From NCBI GenBank assembly GCA_963848305.1, contig CAWKDC010000001.1, forward strand, positions 864,001 through 928,000: a stretch of DNA of 64,000 nt, read 5' to 3'. Numbering within the stretch: position 1 is the first letter of the stretch; the number at the start of each line of letters is the position of its first letter. This DNA comes from an uncultured Gammaproteobacteria bacterium. GTDB taxonomy: Bacteria; Pseudomonadota; Gammaproteobacteria; JABCZS01. Below, piece by piece: positions 12,067-23,799 of this stretch. Position numbers and translations under genes: made by a program. The notes beneath the pieces were generated by a model. The model saw only the letters and a list, made by a program, of their open reading frames with translations. It was not told the DNA's origin and did no database searches.

Positions 12067-13720
12067 ATTCGCCCCACAACATTAAATGCTCAACAATCGG
12101 GCCTAATGATAGGGCAGGCAGAAATGATAATGCACCAATGATGATGGTCACACCGGCTAACAGCATGATAAACATAGGCGTATGCGTTTCTAATGTGCCA
12201 GAACCACTGGGCACAATTTTTTTACATGCCAATGACCCGGCAATGGCCATCACAGGAATGGCTATACCGTATCGGGCTGTCCACATCGCTATCCCACCAA
12301 GGATATTATAAAAAGGTGTATTTGCATTCAATCCTGCAAATGCACTGCCATTATTATTCGCCATCGATGTGAAAGCATATAAAATTTCAGTGAGGCCGTG
12401 AGGCCCTGGGTTGCCCAATCCGCTTAAGCCAGCTTTTGTTACAACACCAATGGAAGTTAATAAAAGAACGGTTAATGGCATAACCAAGACGGCGACACAG
12501 GCCATTTTCATTTCAAATGGTTCAATTTTTTTCCCTAAATATTCTGGGGTTCGGCCAACCATCAATCCCGCTACAAATACCGTGACAATCACCAACATTA
12601 ACATGCCGTACAAACCTGATCCTACGCCACCAAAAACAACTTCTCCCAAATGCATCATCCATAATGGTATGAGACCACCTAGGGGAGTGAAAGAATCTAA
12701 CATGGCATTCACTGAACCATTCGACGCCGCAGTAGTGGCTGTGGCCCATAGTGCAGAAGCAGTGATACCAAACCGCGTTTCCTTTCCTTCCATATTACCA
12801 ACTGTGATCCCCATGTGTGACAATGCCGGATTGCCCTGATTTTCTGCGAACACTGTCACGGCTAGGAATGGCATGAATAAAACAAACATGGCGGCCAATA
12901 ATCCCCAGCCTTGTTTTGTTTGATGGATCATTTTACCGAAGCTGTAACACAGTGCTGCGGGGATCAGCAAAATGGCCAATGTTTCCAAGAAATTCGTGAG
13001 TGGCGTTGGGTTTTCAAACGGATGTGCACTGTTCGCATTGAAAAATCCCCCGCCATTGGTTCCCAACTGTTTAATCGCCACTTGCGAAGCAACAGGGCCC
13101 ATGGGGATGACTGATTCGATCGTCTCATAAGGATGTAGATTTTGAATCACCCCTTGTGAAACCAGGATCACTGCAAAAAGAATAGACAATGGCAAATACA
13201 AATAAACAATACCACGCACCATATCAACCCAATAATTCCCCAATAGATGGGTTTCGTATCCTGCGATGCCTCTGATCAATGCCATGAGGATAGCCGTTCC
13301 TGTCGCCGCTGACATAAAATTTTGCACGGTAAGCGCCATCATTTGTGTAAAATAACTCATCGTGTTTTCGCCAGCATATGACTGCCAATCTGTATTCGTG
13401 ACAAAGCTGATCGCGGTATTGAATGATAAATCTTGTGAGGGTGCTTTAAAATGTTGAGGATTAAAAGGTAAATAAAATTGAAAACATTGAATAAGATAAA
13501 CACATAAAAACCCGATCGCATTGAGTAACAGCATCGATAATAAATATTGCTTCCAATCCATCTGCGTTGTTTCATCAATGCCACAGATTTTATACACCAT
13601 CAAATCTATTTTTTGAGGTTTTCCTGAATATACAAACACGATATAACTGCCAAGCGGTTTGACCAAGGCAAGGAGGATGATCACAAATAAGGTGATGTAA
13701 AGTAGATCGATGTGTGTCAT
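12056..13720 (-). CDS. kdpA: K+-transporting ATPase subunit A
   Basis: [37 protein letters not shown] and NNGSAF motifs; start taken at MTHID. Confidence 0.97.
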   Translation of the reverse strand: MTHIDLLYITLFVIILLALVKPLGSYIVFVYSGKPQKIDLMVYKICGIDETTQMDWKQYLLSMLLLNAIGFLCVYLIQCFQFYLPFNPQHFKAPSQDLSFNTAISFVTNTDWQSYAGENTMSYFTQMMALTVQNFMSAATGTAILMALIRGIAGYETHLLGNYWVDMVRGIVYLYLPLSILFAVILVSQGVIQNLHPYETIESVIPMGPVASQVAIKQLGTNGGGFFNANSAHPFENPTPLTNFLETLAILLIPAALCYSFGKMIHQTKQGWGLLAAMFVLFMPFLAVTVFAENQGNPALSHMGITVGNMEGKETRFGITASALWATATTAASNGSVNAMLDSFTPLGGLIPLWMMHLGEVVFGGVGSGLYGMLMLVIVTVFVAGLMVGRTPEYLGKKIEPFEMKMACVAVLVMPLTVLLLTSIGVVTKAGLSGLGNPGPHGLTEILYAFTSMANNNGSAFAGLNANTPFYNILGGIAMWTARYGIAIPVMAIAGSLACKKIVPSGSGTLETHTPMFIMLLAGVTIIIGALSFLPALSLGPIVEHLMLWGEYGH

Positions 13721-13754
13721 CGAGGCATCCTTTCCAACATTCGCATTCTGAAGA

Positions 13755-13804
13755 TTGATAGACATTCCAAGTCTATCAAGGGTGCAGCATGCTGCACCCC
13801 TACA
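13755..13804. repeat. REP-like double hairpin (GTAG type) between kdpF and kdpA
   Basis: TTGATAGAC..GTCTATCAA followed by GGGTGCAGCATGCTGCACCC-CTACA; the same architecture occurs at 367-418. Confidence 0.6.
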
Positions 13805-13813
13805 ACAATCTTA

Positions 13814-13900
13814 TTAAAATAATTCAGGTTTGAATAATACAACCAATAAATAAATGAGCAGGCCAAAGGCTATTAACCCGCAAATCAGATACAGTGTCAT
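13814..13900 (-). CDS. kdpF: K+-transporting ATPase subunit F (28 aa, not in the ORF track)
   Basis: Manual translation MTLYLICGLIAFGLLIYLLVVLFKPELF* matches the KdpF YLxxxLxxPExF pattern and lies upstream of kdpA. Confidence 0.9.
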   Translation of the reverse strand: MTLYLICGLIAFGLLIYLLVVLFKPELF

Positions 13901-13980
13901 GCTGCCCCCCATACTCTTTGAGAGTCTAGCAATGATCAGGGGGGAAAGCCAGGCGAGGACGTATTCTGTACCTTATCCTT

Positions 13981-14520
13981 TTATGATAACCACTGTTCAC
14001 GGTACCAACGCAACTCATTGATGGACGCACGAATATCGCTCAAGGCACGGTGATCTTCCGACTTCTTCACCTGACCGAATAATTCAGGCCGCCAACGGCG
14101 GGCCAGCTCCTTAATGGTGCTGACATCAATGTGGCGATAATGAAAGAATGCCTCTAGAGCGGGCATATATCGCGCTAAAAATCGTCGATCCGTGCAAATT
14201 GTGTTGCCGCACATGGGTGACGCCTTTGCCTCTACAAATTGCGCTAAAAATGCGAGGGTTTGTTGTTCAGCCTCATGCTCCGTGACTTGACTGTCTCGCA
14301 CGCGGGCGACCAATCCTGAACCCGTGTGTTGGCGCACGCACCATTCACTCATTTGCTCGAGCAATGTATCCGATTGGTGGATCACCAGCTCTGGGCCGAT
14401 GCCAATTTCATTCAAATCGCTGTCTGTAACCAAAGTCGCGATTTCAATGATCCGCTCTTTGGTTTCATCCAAACCGGTCATTTCAAGATCGATCCAGATT
14501 AAATTGGTTTTTTTGTCCAC
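13981..14520 (-). CDS. orn: Oligoribonuclease
   Basis: [24 protein letters not shown] and HRALSDI motifs; GTG start. Confidence 0.96.
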   Translation of the reverse strand: MDKKTNLIWIDLEMTGLDETKERIIEIATLVTDSDLNEIGIGPELVIHQSDTLLEQMSEWCVRQHTGSGLVARVRDSQVTEHEAEQQTLAFLAQFVEAKASPMCGNTICTDRRFLARYMPALEAFFHYRHIDVSTIKELARRWRPELFGQVKKSEDHRALSDIRASINELRWYREQWLS

Positions 14521-14534
14521 GACAATCCTCACCC

Positions 14535-15277
14535 TCAATTTCTGTGCAATAAAGATAGCACAGTTTGACCCAGTAATGTCAGCTGAGGTTCAGAGGCCAA
14601 GCGGTGATCGCCCTGTTTGATGAGGGTGACATGCACGTCACTCGAGGTCAGTTGTTCAGAGATGCGCATGGCTTTTTGCCAGGTGACTTCTTTATCATTC
14701 ATGCCTTGCAATAAACGCACGGGACAATTGATAGAGATTTTTTTGTGAAGTAGGTTATGCTGTTTTGCTTCAGTCAAGAGTGTTTGTGCAATTGGATAGG
14801 GTTTTCCCTCAATGCCTGAAGGCACGTAACACATGCCTGTTTGTTCGAGTGATAAACGTTGTTCATCAGTGATCTTTGAAAAATCATCCAGAAAATCAGG
14901 AGCCGCAGCAATACCGACCAACGCCTGAACGCGCTCTGGCCGCGCCAATGCAGCCAGTAACATCAGCCACCCGCCCATGCTGGAGCCGACCAATATTTGG
15001 GGCCCTCGGTGAGTTCATCAATCACTTTCAGCGCATCGGTCAGCCAACGCCCCAATGTCCCTTCCACAAACTCGCCATCCGATGCGCCATGACCGAAATA
15101 ATCAAACCGCACAAAAGCATGACCCCATTCACGCGCCCTGGCCTCTAAATAGGTGGCTTTACTGCCCGTCATATCTGACTGAAAGCCACCTAAAAAAACG
15201 ATCCCTGGGTTCTTACCTTCCGTCTTTGCATAAGCAAGTCGCGTGCCATCAGGGTTCACGAGAAAAGTATTCACCAA
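14535..15277 (-). CDS. Alpha/beta hydrolase (ABHD10-like), split by an apparent frameshift near 15000
   Basis: N-half [12 protein letters not shown] and [11 protein letters not shown]; C-half GSSMGG nucleophile and GDHRL. One added C restores [12 protein letters not shown]. Confidence 0.85.
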
Positions 15278-15285
15278 TATGCGTC

Positions 15286-16744
15286 CTATTCGCCACCACC
15301 CAAAATAAAGATATCATTGGGAACATTAAAATTTGAATCCCCCGTGTACAGCGCACAACTGTCGTTAAGCGATCCATCTTCATTGATAGGACAGGCTGTG
15401 ACGGAATACTGCTCACTGCCCGACTCGCCCACTGGATTGTTATTAGAGATAAACAAATACCCGTAAAGAATGGTCAGCCCAGCAGGCGCACCCAGGGTAG
15501 AATAATCCGACGTACAACCTGCTGTGAAGGGTGGGTTACTACAATCGATAAACGCCCCAGAGGTTGGATCAATTTGGCAGCTGGTGATACTGGGTCCGTT
15601 CGTCACGGATGGGTAATCATTGCAGGTGTTGCTATAATCGCCATCGCTTGAAATATAGGCCATGGTACCATCCGTACTCAGCTCAATCGCGTCAGGTGAA
15701 CTTAAGTTACCACCAGCGCTGTCTTCTGTACAGTCCGAGAGTACGCCCGTTTCAGGATCCAGGTCACAAATGCTCACCGCATTATCGAAATAATCGGTGA
15801 CATAGGCCAATGTGCCGGCTGGATTGATCGCAATCGAATTGGGACCACTGCCCACATCGTTCGACACGACACATGCTTCCAATAAGCCGGTTGAAGGATC
15901 GATCGGGCATGCACTCACGGATTGAAATCCTCCGACCCCACCATTGACAACATACAAGATGTTATTGACTGAATCGACCGAAAGGCCGTTAGGATTAGAG
16001 AAAGTGGCGGTATCAGAACTGTCATTCCCCGTGCTATATTGACAAGGATTGTCAACCGTGCCCAATGTGTAGTCAGCTGGGTTCACCTCACAGATAGTCA
16101 CCGTTGTCCCTATATAAGGCGATTCGCCCCAGGCAAAATTAGAAATGTAGGCATAGGTTCCTGACTCGACAGTGGCTAACACGATAAATGCAGGGCCATC
16201 CAATGCTGCTCCAGGCCCTGTGGTGATGCTAGGCGTTGTACAACTGCCCACTTCTGTGGTCAGATCGCACAATGTAATGGTATTGCTTCCATAATTGACA
16301 ACGTAGGCAGGGGGATCTCCCGCAGCAACAGTCGTTTCAATGGTTTCTGTGACATTGAGTTGCCCAGAGGCACTAAGCACTAAATCACGATCCATGTCTC
16401 CGGGTGTACAAGGTTGAAAACTTAAGACAATGGTGCAAGTATCTCCGCCACCCAATGGACCGACCCTGTGGGCAAGTACTGTCAACCGAGTCAATCGTCA
16501 CTGCATCGGCACCTAGATCGTCGTTGTCATTGAGTGTGTATGAAATGTTAACCGCAACATCACGATTGTTGATAACGGTATAGTTTGCGGAATAGGGACT
16601 TGTACAATTGGATGTGGATAAGCCACTGATGGTCGGCGGATCTTGGAAGTCTACAGCACATCCAAATAATCCCGCCATGCACATGGCCTGAGCCAACGTG
16701 GTGAGTGACATTAACATCACTGCTAGGCATAATCTCATCATCAT
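15286..16744 (-). CDS. Secreted Cys-rich protein: Ig-like N-domain plus beta-propeller (paralogue C), frameshift near 16460
   Basis: Signal peptide; ADAVTID...TCTIVLSFQPCT shared with paralogue A; repeated AYV.N...V(S/T).C......G.L..C blades. Confidence 0.75.
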
Positions 16745-16896
16745 ACGCTCTCCTTGTCTCAAAAATTACCAGCATCCATTGCTATAAAAAATGTAGCGTC
16801 CGGCGACTATACCACAAAGATCAACGCTTGCAAAGCAAAAAGGATTTTTATATCCTATAATACCGACATCAACTCTACCCTGGGAAAGGCAACATA

Positions 16897-17439
16897 ATGA
16901 TTGAGCGCGATGATTGTGCACTACTATTGGTAGACATGCAAGAAAGATTGGTGCCTTTTGTCACTGATCATAAATCTTGCATCGAGCATTGCCAGTGGAT
17001 CTTAGAGGTTGCACAAGCACTGCGGATCCCCGTTTATACTTCTCAACAATATCCTGAAAAACTGGGCAATACGATCAAACCGCTGCACATCTTAATCAAC
17101 ACGGAAAACATCATCAACAAACTCGCATTTTCTGTGTACCGTCAGCCAGAGGGACTCACGAAAATCCATGCAAGCAACAAAAAGCAATGGATCCTCATGG
17201 GGATTGAAACGCATGTATGTGTGTTTCAAACCGCCATGGAATTAACAGCAGCAGGACATGAGGTGTTTGTGGTGGAAGAAGCCACACAATCGCGCAACCT
17301 TCATGACAAACTATTGGCCATTGAACGCATGCGTCAAACAGGCATAAGCATTATTTCCCGAGAAATGGCGGTCTTTGAATGGCTGCGGGTCGCAGGGACT
17401 CCTGAATTTAAGGGCATCATCGAAAAATTTATTAAGTAA
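16897..17439 (+). CDS. Isochorismatase-family cysteine hydrolase
   Basis: LLLVDMQE, QYPEKLG, GIETHVCVFQT and FEWL motifs. Confidence 0.9.
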   Translation: MIERDDCALLLVDMQERLVPFVTDHKSCIEHCQWILEVAQALRIPVYTSQQYPEKLGNTIKPLHILINTENIINKLAFSVYRQPEGLTKIHASNKKQWILMGIETHVCVFQTAMELTAAGHEVFVVEEATQSRNLHDKLLAIERMRQTGISIISREMAVFEWLRVAGTPEFKGIIEKFIK

Positions 17440-17451
17440 CGCAGTTATTCT

Positions 17452-18816
17452 TCATGGCGTGAATAATATATCACTCGGCGCACTAAAGCTTTCATCGAGA
17501 AGCGCCATACAAGACGAATCGATAAAACTGCCATCTGAAGGATCGAGTGAACATGTTGTGATGGTATATTCATCACTTCCATTTTCATCTAGATTGCTGA
17601 TATAGATAGTGTTACCTGCGATGAACAAACCTGCAGGATCAGCCAGCAGGCCGTTTGCATCATCTGCCATCGGCGCACAATTTGTCCCATTACAAATAGC
17701 CACCGTATTGTTGCCCCCATTGGACACATATACATTATTGAGCCCAGGAGCGAGACTGGTAGGACCATTCAGCGTGGGATCTGTTCTATTTTCAACAAAG
17801 ATCAAATTTCCAAAGTCATCGATTTCCATAATAGAAATATTGTTTGTCAGTGTGTTGGCAATCAGCGCTAAACCACCATTATTAATCACCACAATATCTT
17901 CCGGCGTAATGCCCAAAACTTCATCACCTGCAGGCGCAGTTGTGCAAGGCGCCAATGTACCATCTCCATTAATTCCGCAAATGCTGATGTTGTTGCCAAG
18001 CTTGTTTGCAACGTAAAGCAAATTACCCGATTCAACAACATTGACCGACATCCCATAAGGTTGGAGAAAGGTGACATCTGTCAGTTTTTCGCAAGTTCCC
18101 ATTTCACCAGGACCTGTGACTGGGCAAAAAGACACAGAGTTATCGCCTTGGTTGCTGATATATACATATTCTCCCGTCGGATCAAATGTCATGCCCCAAG
18201 GATTATTCAAAATATTGGTTGATGTATCATCGAGAATCGGAACCGGCGTACAAGTGGTTGAATCCACCGAGCCAGAACCAAATGTGCCATCGTCATTTAA
18301 TGGGCAATATGAAATTGAATTTGAGCCAGCATTCACAACATAAACATTATTATAACCACTGCCCACATCAGCGCTAATATCCCAATTCAATGGGCGTTGT
18401 ATGCTATTGGGCACAATCGTTAATGTATAATCAAGCAAACCCGTGGAACACGGCGCAAAATTCAAATACACCAAACATTGGGAAGCGCTGCCACCACCGC
18501 CATACAGCGTTACCATATTATTGCAACACGATGGCCCGCACCCGAGCCACATGCCATCACTGACAGCATTGTCTAGATTCGGTGTAACCGATAAACTTTC
18601 CAACATCACAGGAGCTGATCCAACATTGGTAAGTAGATAGGTGATGCCCACAGGGTTAGAACAGTTCAGCACCGTTAAGGGTGGGGTTGCAACTGGTGTG
18701 AGCACAAGCCCGCAAGGCCCCAAATCGTTTATGCACACATCCAACGCTTCTATAGCCTGAACAGTAAAAGGGATTATGATCACAACAAGTGCGAGTCCGT
18801 TTCTATACAATGACAT
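17452..18816 (-). CDS. Secreted Cys-rich protein: Ig-like N-domain plus beta-propeller (paralogue B)
   Basis: Signal peptide; YLLTNVGS...CLVYLNFAPCSTG; repeated VYV.N...NSIS.C......G blades. Confidence 0.8.
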   Translation of the reverse strand: MSLYRNGLALVVIIIPFTVQAIEALDVCINDLGPCGLVLTPVATPPLTVLNCSNPVGITYLLTNVGSAPVMLESLSVTPNLDNAVSDGMWLGCGPSCCNNMVTLYGGGGSASQCLVYLNFAPCSTGLLDYTLTIVPNSIQRPLNWDISADVGSGYNNVYVVNAGSNSISYCPLNDDGTFGSGSVDSTTCTPVPILDDTSTNILNNPWGMTFDPTGEYVYISNQGDNSVSFCPVTGPGEMGTCEKLTDVTFLQPYGMSVNVVESGNLLYVANKLGNNISICGINGDGTLAPCTTAPAGDEVLGITPEDIVVINNGGLALIANTLTNNISIMEIDDFGNLIFVENRTDPTLNGPTSLAPGLNNVYVSNGGNNTVAICNGTNCAPMADDANGLLADPAGLFIAGNTIYISNLDENGSDEYTITTCSLDPSDGSFIDSSCMALLDESFSAPSDILFTP

Positions 18817-18847
18817 AAGCTCTCCAACAGAGTTAAGTGAGCCCTTT

Positions 18848-20576
18848 TCATTTTACTGGGGTATACGGAAAATTCGCAATCCAGACAGAATCAGCCGTAC
18901 TGAACAAATCACTTCCCGTCGTGGTCACACAATCGCCAAACAATCCGCCAGCCATCAAAGGGCACACTGATACCGTGCTATCGGCTTGAGGCTGACACAG
19001 CAATGCACCATCCGTTGCGGGATATTCATAACCGTCCACACATCCATTGGGGATGTATGCATAAGACACACCATAAGGGGATAATCGATTGTTGGTGAAT
19101 ATATTGGTAGAATAAACATCAAAGTTAAATGTTCGATTCCCACTGCTGTCCAATCCCGCATATTTTTGACAACTCGTCAGTGCCTTACCACCGGGCGCGA
19201 TCTCACAAATCACCACATTGCCGCCAGGGATATTGGTTTGAGAAGCACAACCCGGATCGGATGCTGCACAGGGTTGTTTATCGTAAAAATTATTCGCTAA
19301 ATACAGATGGTTCCCGTCAGGACTGATATCAATCCCTTGTAAGAACGTGAAAAAGCTCGGTGAACCATACGCGATTTGACAATGCTGAAACCCACCAGGA
19401 TTAGTCGCATCATTATCCGGCAACACCTCGCAGATAGATACGTTGCTGTCATAGTACTTACCCGGATTACCGCCTGAATCATTCACAAAATTAGGCACAT
19501 ACACAATTTTACCATCCAAACTGAAGGCCATGCGTCCATTGGGTTGATTTAAAGTAACGATGCCATTCTGACCTGTCATCGAATCAAATGTACAACAATC
19601 ACTTGGCATACCTGGTGCATTCGGCGTGCAACTGCCAATGTCTGCGGGAGGAACTGTACGGGTTGTGCAACCATAGTCAATGTTGCAGTTACTCAATGAG
19701 CCATCAACGGGATTGATCGGACAAACGGCCACGGTTTGATCCGTCTCATTAGGGGGGTAATTACTATTCGTGGTATACAAGAAGGTATTGGCTGGATTGA
19801 TCCTGAGACCAGAGTCTTGCAAGATCAATGGGCTGCTGGTAAATTTGGTGCAAGGCTGCAGCAACCCATTTGAATCGACGTCGCAGACCGCAATGAATGA
19901 ATCAGTTGTTAAAGTCTGCTGCCTGGGCTCGCCTGGCAAAGGGATGGTTGGTTGAGGGACCCGCATTGGCGACGTAGGCAACGGTGCTATCGTTATTAAC
20001 CACGATATCAATTGGAGAATTAAAATAAACACCGCTCGAATCTAAGAAATTTTGGCACATGTCGAGGGAACCATCTGTTTCATCAACCCCACAAATGGTG
20101 ACCGCATCGCTGACATCGTCATTCGCAATATAGGCCATCTGGCTAAACACAGTGGACTTGATGTTCGCCACCAATGGCTTTTGGTCTGTGGCCTTCACCA
20201 CCAATTGACGGTTGATCGTACCCGCCGTACAGGGCTGAAAACTTAATACAATCGTACAGGTTTGTCCGTGTACCAACGTTTCATTTTCCTCACACGTACT
20301 CAGCGCATCATCGATAGTCACTGCGTCAGCAAGCAAGGAATCATGGAGAACAAGAGAATAGGTGATGGTTCGGGGCAAGGGAAAATCGTTGATAATGACA
20401 TAAGTATAGGTAAGCAAAGAAGGAGAAACGTCACAATTGGCAGTGGTTGTCACAGGACTGATCACGGGGGTAGATTCAAATGCAACGGCACATCCCGTGG
20501 AATTGTTAAAACAAAGGGCATGCGATACCGTGGCCAAGGCACATAACAAAACACTTCTCATGATACATTTAAACAT
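18848..20576 (-). CDS. Secreted Cys-rich protein: Ig-like N-domain plus beta-propeller (paralogue A), frameshift near 19960
   Basis: ORFs 19902-20576 and 18848-20032 join into one protein with a signal peptide, TCTIVLSFQPCT and C-x6-G-x-L-xx-C blade repeats. Confidence 0.75.
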
Positions 20577-20587
20577 ATTGACTCCCT

Positions 20588-21297
20588 TTAAAAGGCAACG
20601 CTAAAGCCTAATAACAATGCTTGTGAATGGATATTAAAGTCCTCAGATGAAATAGCCTGCGTATTTTTCAATGAAACATCCGAAAATGCAGCATACAAAT
20701 ATTCTGCCGTTAAGGCGACATCCTCAATGATCTCAAGACTCAAACCCGCACCCACTTCATAAGCAAAGTTTGAGTCTGTTTGTGCCTCAAGGACCACGCC
20801 AGGATAATACTGGTCTTCGTCTTGCGCGAAATCAATGTGATTCCAAGATGATCCGATCCCAACAATACCATAGAGGGAAACCACTTCGTAGCTGACAATG
20901 GTGAGTGCCACATCCATCATCAAACGATTGCTGATGAGCTGCCGATCTGGTAACTGACGTCATTGCAGTCAATGTCAAACTGACGATAACGATCAACATG
21001 TCCACTGATATTACCTTTAAGGTAATAATAATTAAATTGCGGTGCAATCGATGGGAACCAATGGGAGTTTTCCCATAAAGGAATGACATATGCAAGACCC
21101 GCCTGGCCTGTGCCTGCTTTCCATTGATCTTCATTGCCTTGAATGAGATTGTTGTCTTGCGTACTGGAAAGGCGCATCTCTACATTGCCCGTATCCAAGG
21201 CAGCGGTGCCGCCAGACAGCGAGAATTGCCAGTGAGACTCGGCAATTGCGGAGGATGAAACGAGAATCATTCCCGTTGCTAAAATCATTTTTTGCAT
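20588..21297 (-). CDS. Small outer-membrane beta-barrel (OmpA-TM/opacity-like), frameshift near 20930
   Basis: Signal peptide, amphipathic strands (SLYGIVGIG, FAYEVGAGLS, LTAEYLY) and C-terminal Phe beta-signal (LLGFSVAF). Confidence 0.8.
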
Positions 21298-21397
21298 AGC
21301 CTTTCCTTGGTCATGAAAATCTGCTCAACAAAGTATATCACAGCAATCCATTTTTACAGTATACTTCAATAATAAGCTCATCAGACAAGGAAACGCC

Positions 21398-21958
21398 ATG
21401 AACACGATGATTATTTTCGGCATACTCGCCCTCTTCTTTCTCTTTTTTATCATGCTCTACAACCGATTGGTTGCTTTGCGTCAAGCACGCAACAATGCGT
21501 TTGCGGATATTGATGTGCAGCTGAAGCTGCGTTTCGATTTGGTGCCAAACCTGGTCAATACCGTGAAAGGATACGCCACGCATGAAAGCACTGTATTTGA
21601 AAAAATCACGGAAGCACGGGCCAGCGTTGGACGCGCGCAGCAGGTCAATGATCGCATTGCGGCGGAAAATGCCTTGAGCGGTGCATTGATGAATTTATTT
21701 GCCGTGGCAGAGAATTATCCCGACCTGAAAGCAAATCAAGGGTTTCAACAATTGCAACAAGAATTGGCTGACATTGAAAACAAAATTGCCGCAGCTCGGC
21801 GATTTTTCAACAATGCAACGAATGAATTCAATACCTCCATTCAACAATTTCCTGCCAATTTGTTTGCACCTGCTTTGGGGTTTAAACAAGAACCATTTTT
21901 TGATTTGGGCGGGGATCGCGCTGAACATGAAAAACCGGTTGCCGTTAAATTTGATTGA
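21398..21958 (+). CDS. lemA: LemA family protein
   Basis: N-terminal TM, YNRLV, IDVQLKLRFDLVPNLV, ENYPDLKAN and FPANL motifs. Confidence 0.95.
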   Translation: MNTMIIFGILALFFLFFIMLYNRLVALRQARNNAFADIDVQLKLRFDLVPNLVNTVKGYATHESTVFEKITEARASVGRAQQVNDRIAAENALSGALMNLFAVAENYPDLKANQGFQQLQQELADIENKIAAARRFFNNATNEFNTSIQQFPANLFAPALGFKQEPFFDLGGDRAEHEKPVAVKFD

Positions 21959-22923
21959 TGGGAAATGTGCTCATGTCAGCAGGGATTAATACATACATTT
22001 GGAATAATAATTTGAAGAGCATATTACTATTGTGTGCTTTTCCATTTTTATTTTTCCTGCTTGATTTTTTATTTTTTTCGGGCATGGCCGCTATTTCACC
22101 CATGCCTATCAACGTCGATCCCAATCAGTTCATCGTGCAACAAGGCGTGTCGGGCTTGGCCAATACTTGGCATTGGGTAGTGATGGGTGTCGGCATCTGG
22201 TTTATCGTTGCGTATTTTTCACACAGTGCGATCATTCGCGCGGCCACGCATGCGGTGCCGCTCGCACGCAAGGATGCACCTGAGCTCTATAATTTGCTCG
22301 AGAATTTATGCATTTCCCGCGGTATACGCACCCCCAAATTGTTTATCATGGAAACACCTGCCATGAATGCGTTTGCCAGTGGGATCGATCAGGGATCATT
22401 TTCAATCACGGTCACACGCGGACTGCTGAACAACCTCAACACAATAGAATTGCAGGCAGTGCTGGGACATGAATTAACGCATATTCTCAATCGCGATGTG
22501 CGATTGCTGATTGTCAGTATTATTTTTGTGGGGATCATCAGTTTTTTATCGAACATGGCTGTGCGCAATATGCTATTCATGAATCGAGGCAACCGCAATC
22601 GTCGTGAAGGCGCTGCTGTCTTGGTGGGGATGATGGTCTTGGCGATCGGTTATGTGTTGGCGATCCTCATTCGTTTTGCATTATCACGTCGCCGTGAATT
22701 CATGGCGGATGCCGGTGCAGTGATGCTCACTAAAGATCCGGATGCCATGATATCTGCCTTGCAAAAGATCTCTCGCCATGCGGAGATCCCGGGCGTGGCG
22801 GGTGAAGTGAAGTCCATGTTTATTGAAAACCCACCATCAACTTCTTTTCTGGATTGGTTTGCGACGCATCCGCCCATTGAGGCGAGGATAAAAGCATTGA
22901 GGGAGATGGGCGGGGGATTGTAG
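21958..22923 (+). CDS. M48 family zinc metalloprotease (HtpX-like)
   Basis: NAFASG, HELTH, SRRREFMAD and FATHPP motifs; TGATG coupling to lemA. Confidence 0.92.
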   Translation: MGNVLMSAGINTYIWNNNLKSILLLCAFPFLFFLLDFLFFSGMAAISPMPINVDPNQFIVQQGVSGLANTWHWVVMGVGIWFIVAYFSHSAIIRAATHAVPLARKDAPELYNLLENLCISRGIRTPKLFIMETPAMNAFASGIDQGSFSITVTRGLLNNLNTIELQAVLGHELTHILNRDVRLLIVSIIFVGIISFLSNMAVRNMLFMNRGNRNRREGAAVLVGMMVLAIGYVLAILIRFALSRRREFMADAGAVMLTKDPDAMISALQKISRHAEIPGVAGEVKSMFIENPPSTSFLDWFATHPPIEARIKALREMGGGL

Positions 22924-23764
22924 ACGAACATAATTGCGTTATCAAATCATGTTCTTTCACCCTTTTGGGGATATCATCGTCAACAAATAAGACAGGTGGA
23001 TCATCATCATCATCTTCATCGTCAATACCGTTCTCATCACCATCGTCGTCTTTGATTCCTTCATTCAGGAGTGAAGCCATCGTTACAGCTTTTTTTTTAT
23101 CTAGATCAGCAGAATCCTCCTTACTCCACCGCATCACCCACATTGGCGCCATGGTTACCACCGTGCCCACGCCCGTGACCAAGGGGGAGATGAATCCTCT
23201 GACTAATTTATCAAGAGAAGAACCTTCTTCAGCGCCTATCCATTCCGGTGTCAAGTAGCCGACGTACCACATAAACCCGCCCATAAAGAGGCTCGCAGCC
23301 AATAATGTATATGTGCCAGGGTTTGCTTTGACTTCGCTCCAGCCATCGTAATAAATATTGTAAGCCATGGACAATGCCATCGTGCCCAAACCGGCGTAAG
23401 CGCCTAAAATAAGACCATTAGTCTCTTCACCCATCAAAAAGAAAGCAGGCAGAAAACCTGACATCCATCCAGCAATGCCAATCACGATACTGGCGGCGAT
23501 GTACTGATCATCCTTTTTCTGTGCTTCCTGCTCATCTTGTTCTCGACAGTGCTTCGAATAATAACGTGCCCCTGCATAAGCCAAGCCCGCCAACACGAAC
23601 GGATAAATGAATAAATTCGTGAACAGATCTGGCGACAGTGTCCCGATCATATGCTTTTCAGTAAAATGAATATCCACCTCTTGGTTAAAATATTGCCAGC
23701 CCACGTCGGCAAACACGGACATGGAAGCAGCTTTGGCGATGTTTAACTCTGTGATTTGGGGCAT
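22820..23764 (-). CDS. Hypothetical multi-pass membrane protein with an acidic tail
   Basis: Long ORF with about 6 hydrophobic segments and a DDDGDENGIDDEDDDDD run; paralogous to the upstream gene; the 3' end overlaps the M48 protease gene and is uncertain. Confidence 0.65.
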   Translation of the reverse strand: MPQITELNIAKAASMSVFADVGWQYFNQEVDIHFTEKHMIGTLSPDLFTNLFIYPFVLAGLAYAGARYYSKHCREQDEQEAQKKDDQYIAASIVIGIAGWMSGFLPAFFLMGEETNGLILGAYAGLGTMALSMAYNIYYDGWSEVKANPGTYTLLAASLFMGGFMWYVGYLTPEWIGAEEGSSLDKLVRGFISPLVTGVGTVVTMAPMWVMRWSKEDSADLDKKKAVTMASLLNEGIKDDDGDENGIDDEDDDDDPPVLFVDDDIPKRVKEHDLITQLCSSTIPRPSPSMLLSSPQWADASQTNPEKKLMVGFQ

Positions 23765-23799
23765 TTTAACTCATGTACCAGGTTTTAAAATAAGTGTGA

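Noticed and set aside
13721-13765. Extended kdpA N-terminus given in the ORF track
   Set aside because: It starts inside a REP-like hairpin; the ATG at 13720 gives a normal KdpA start
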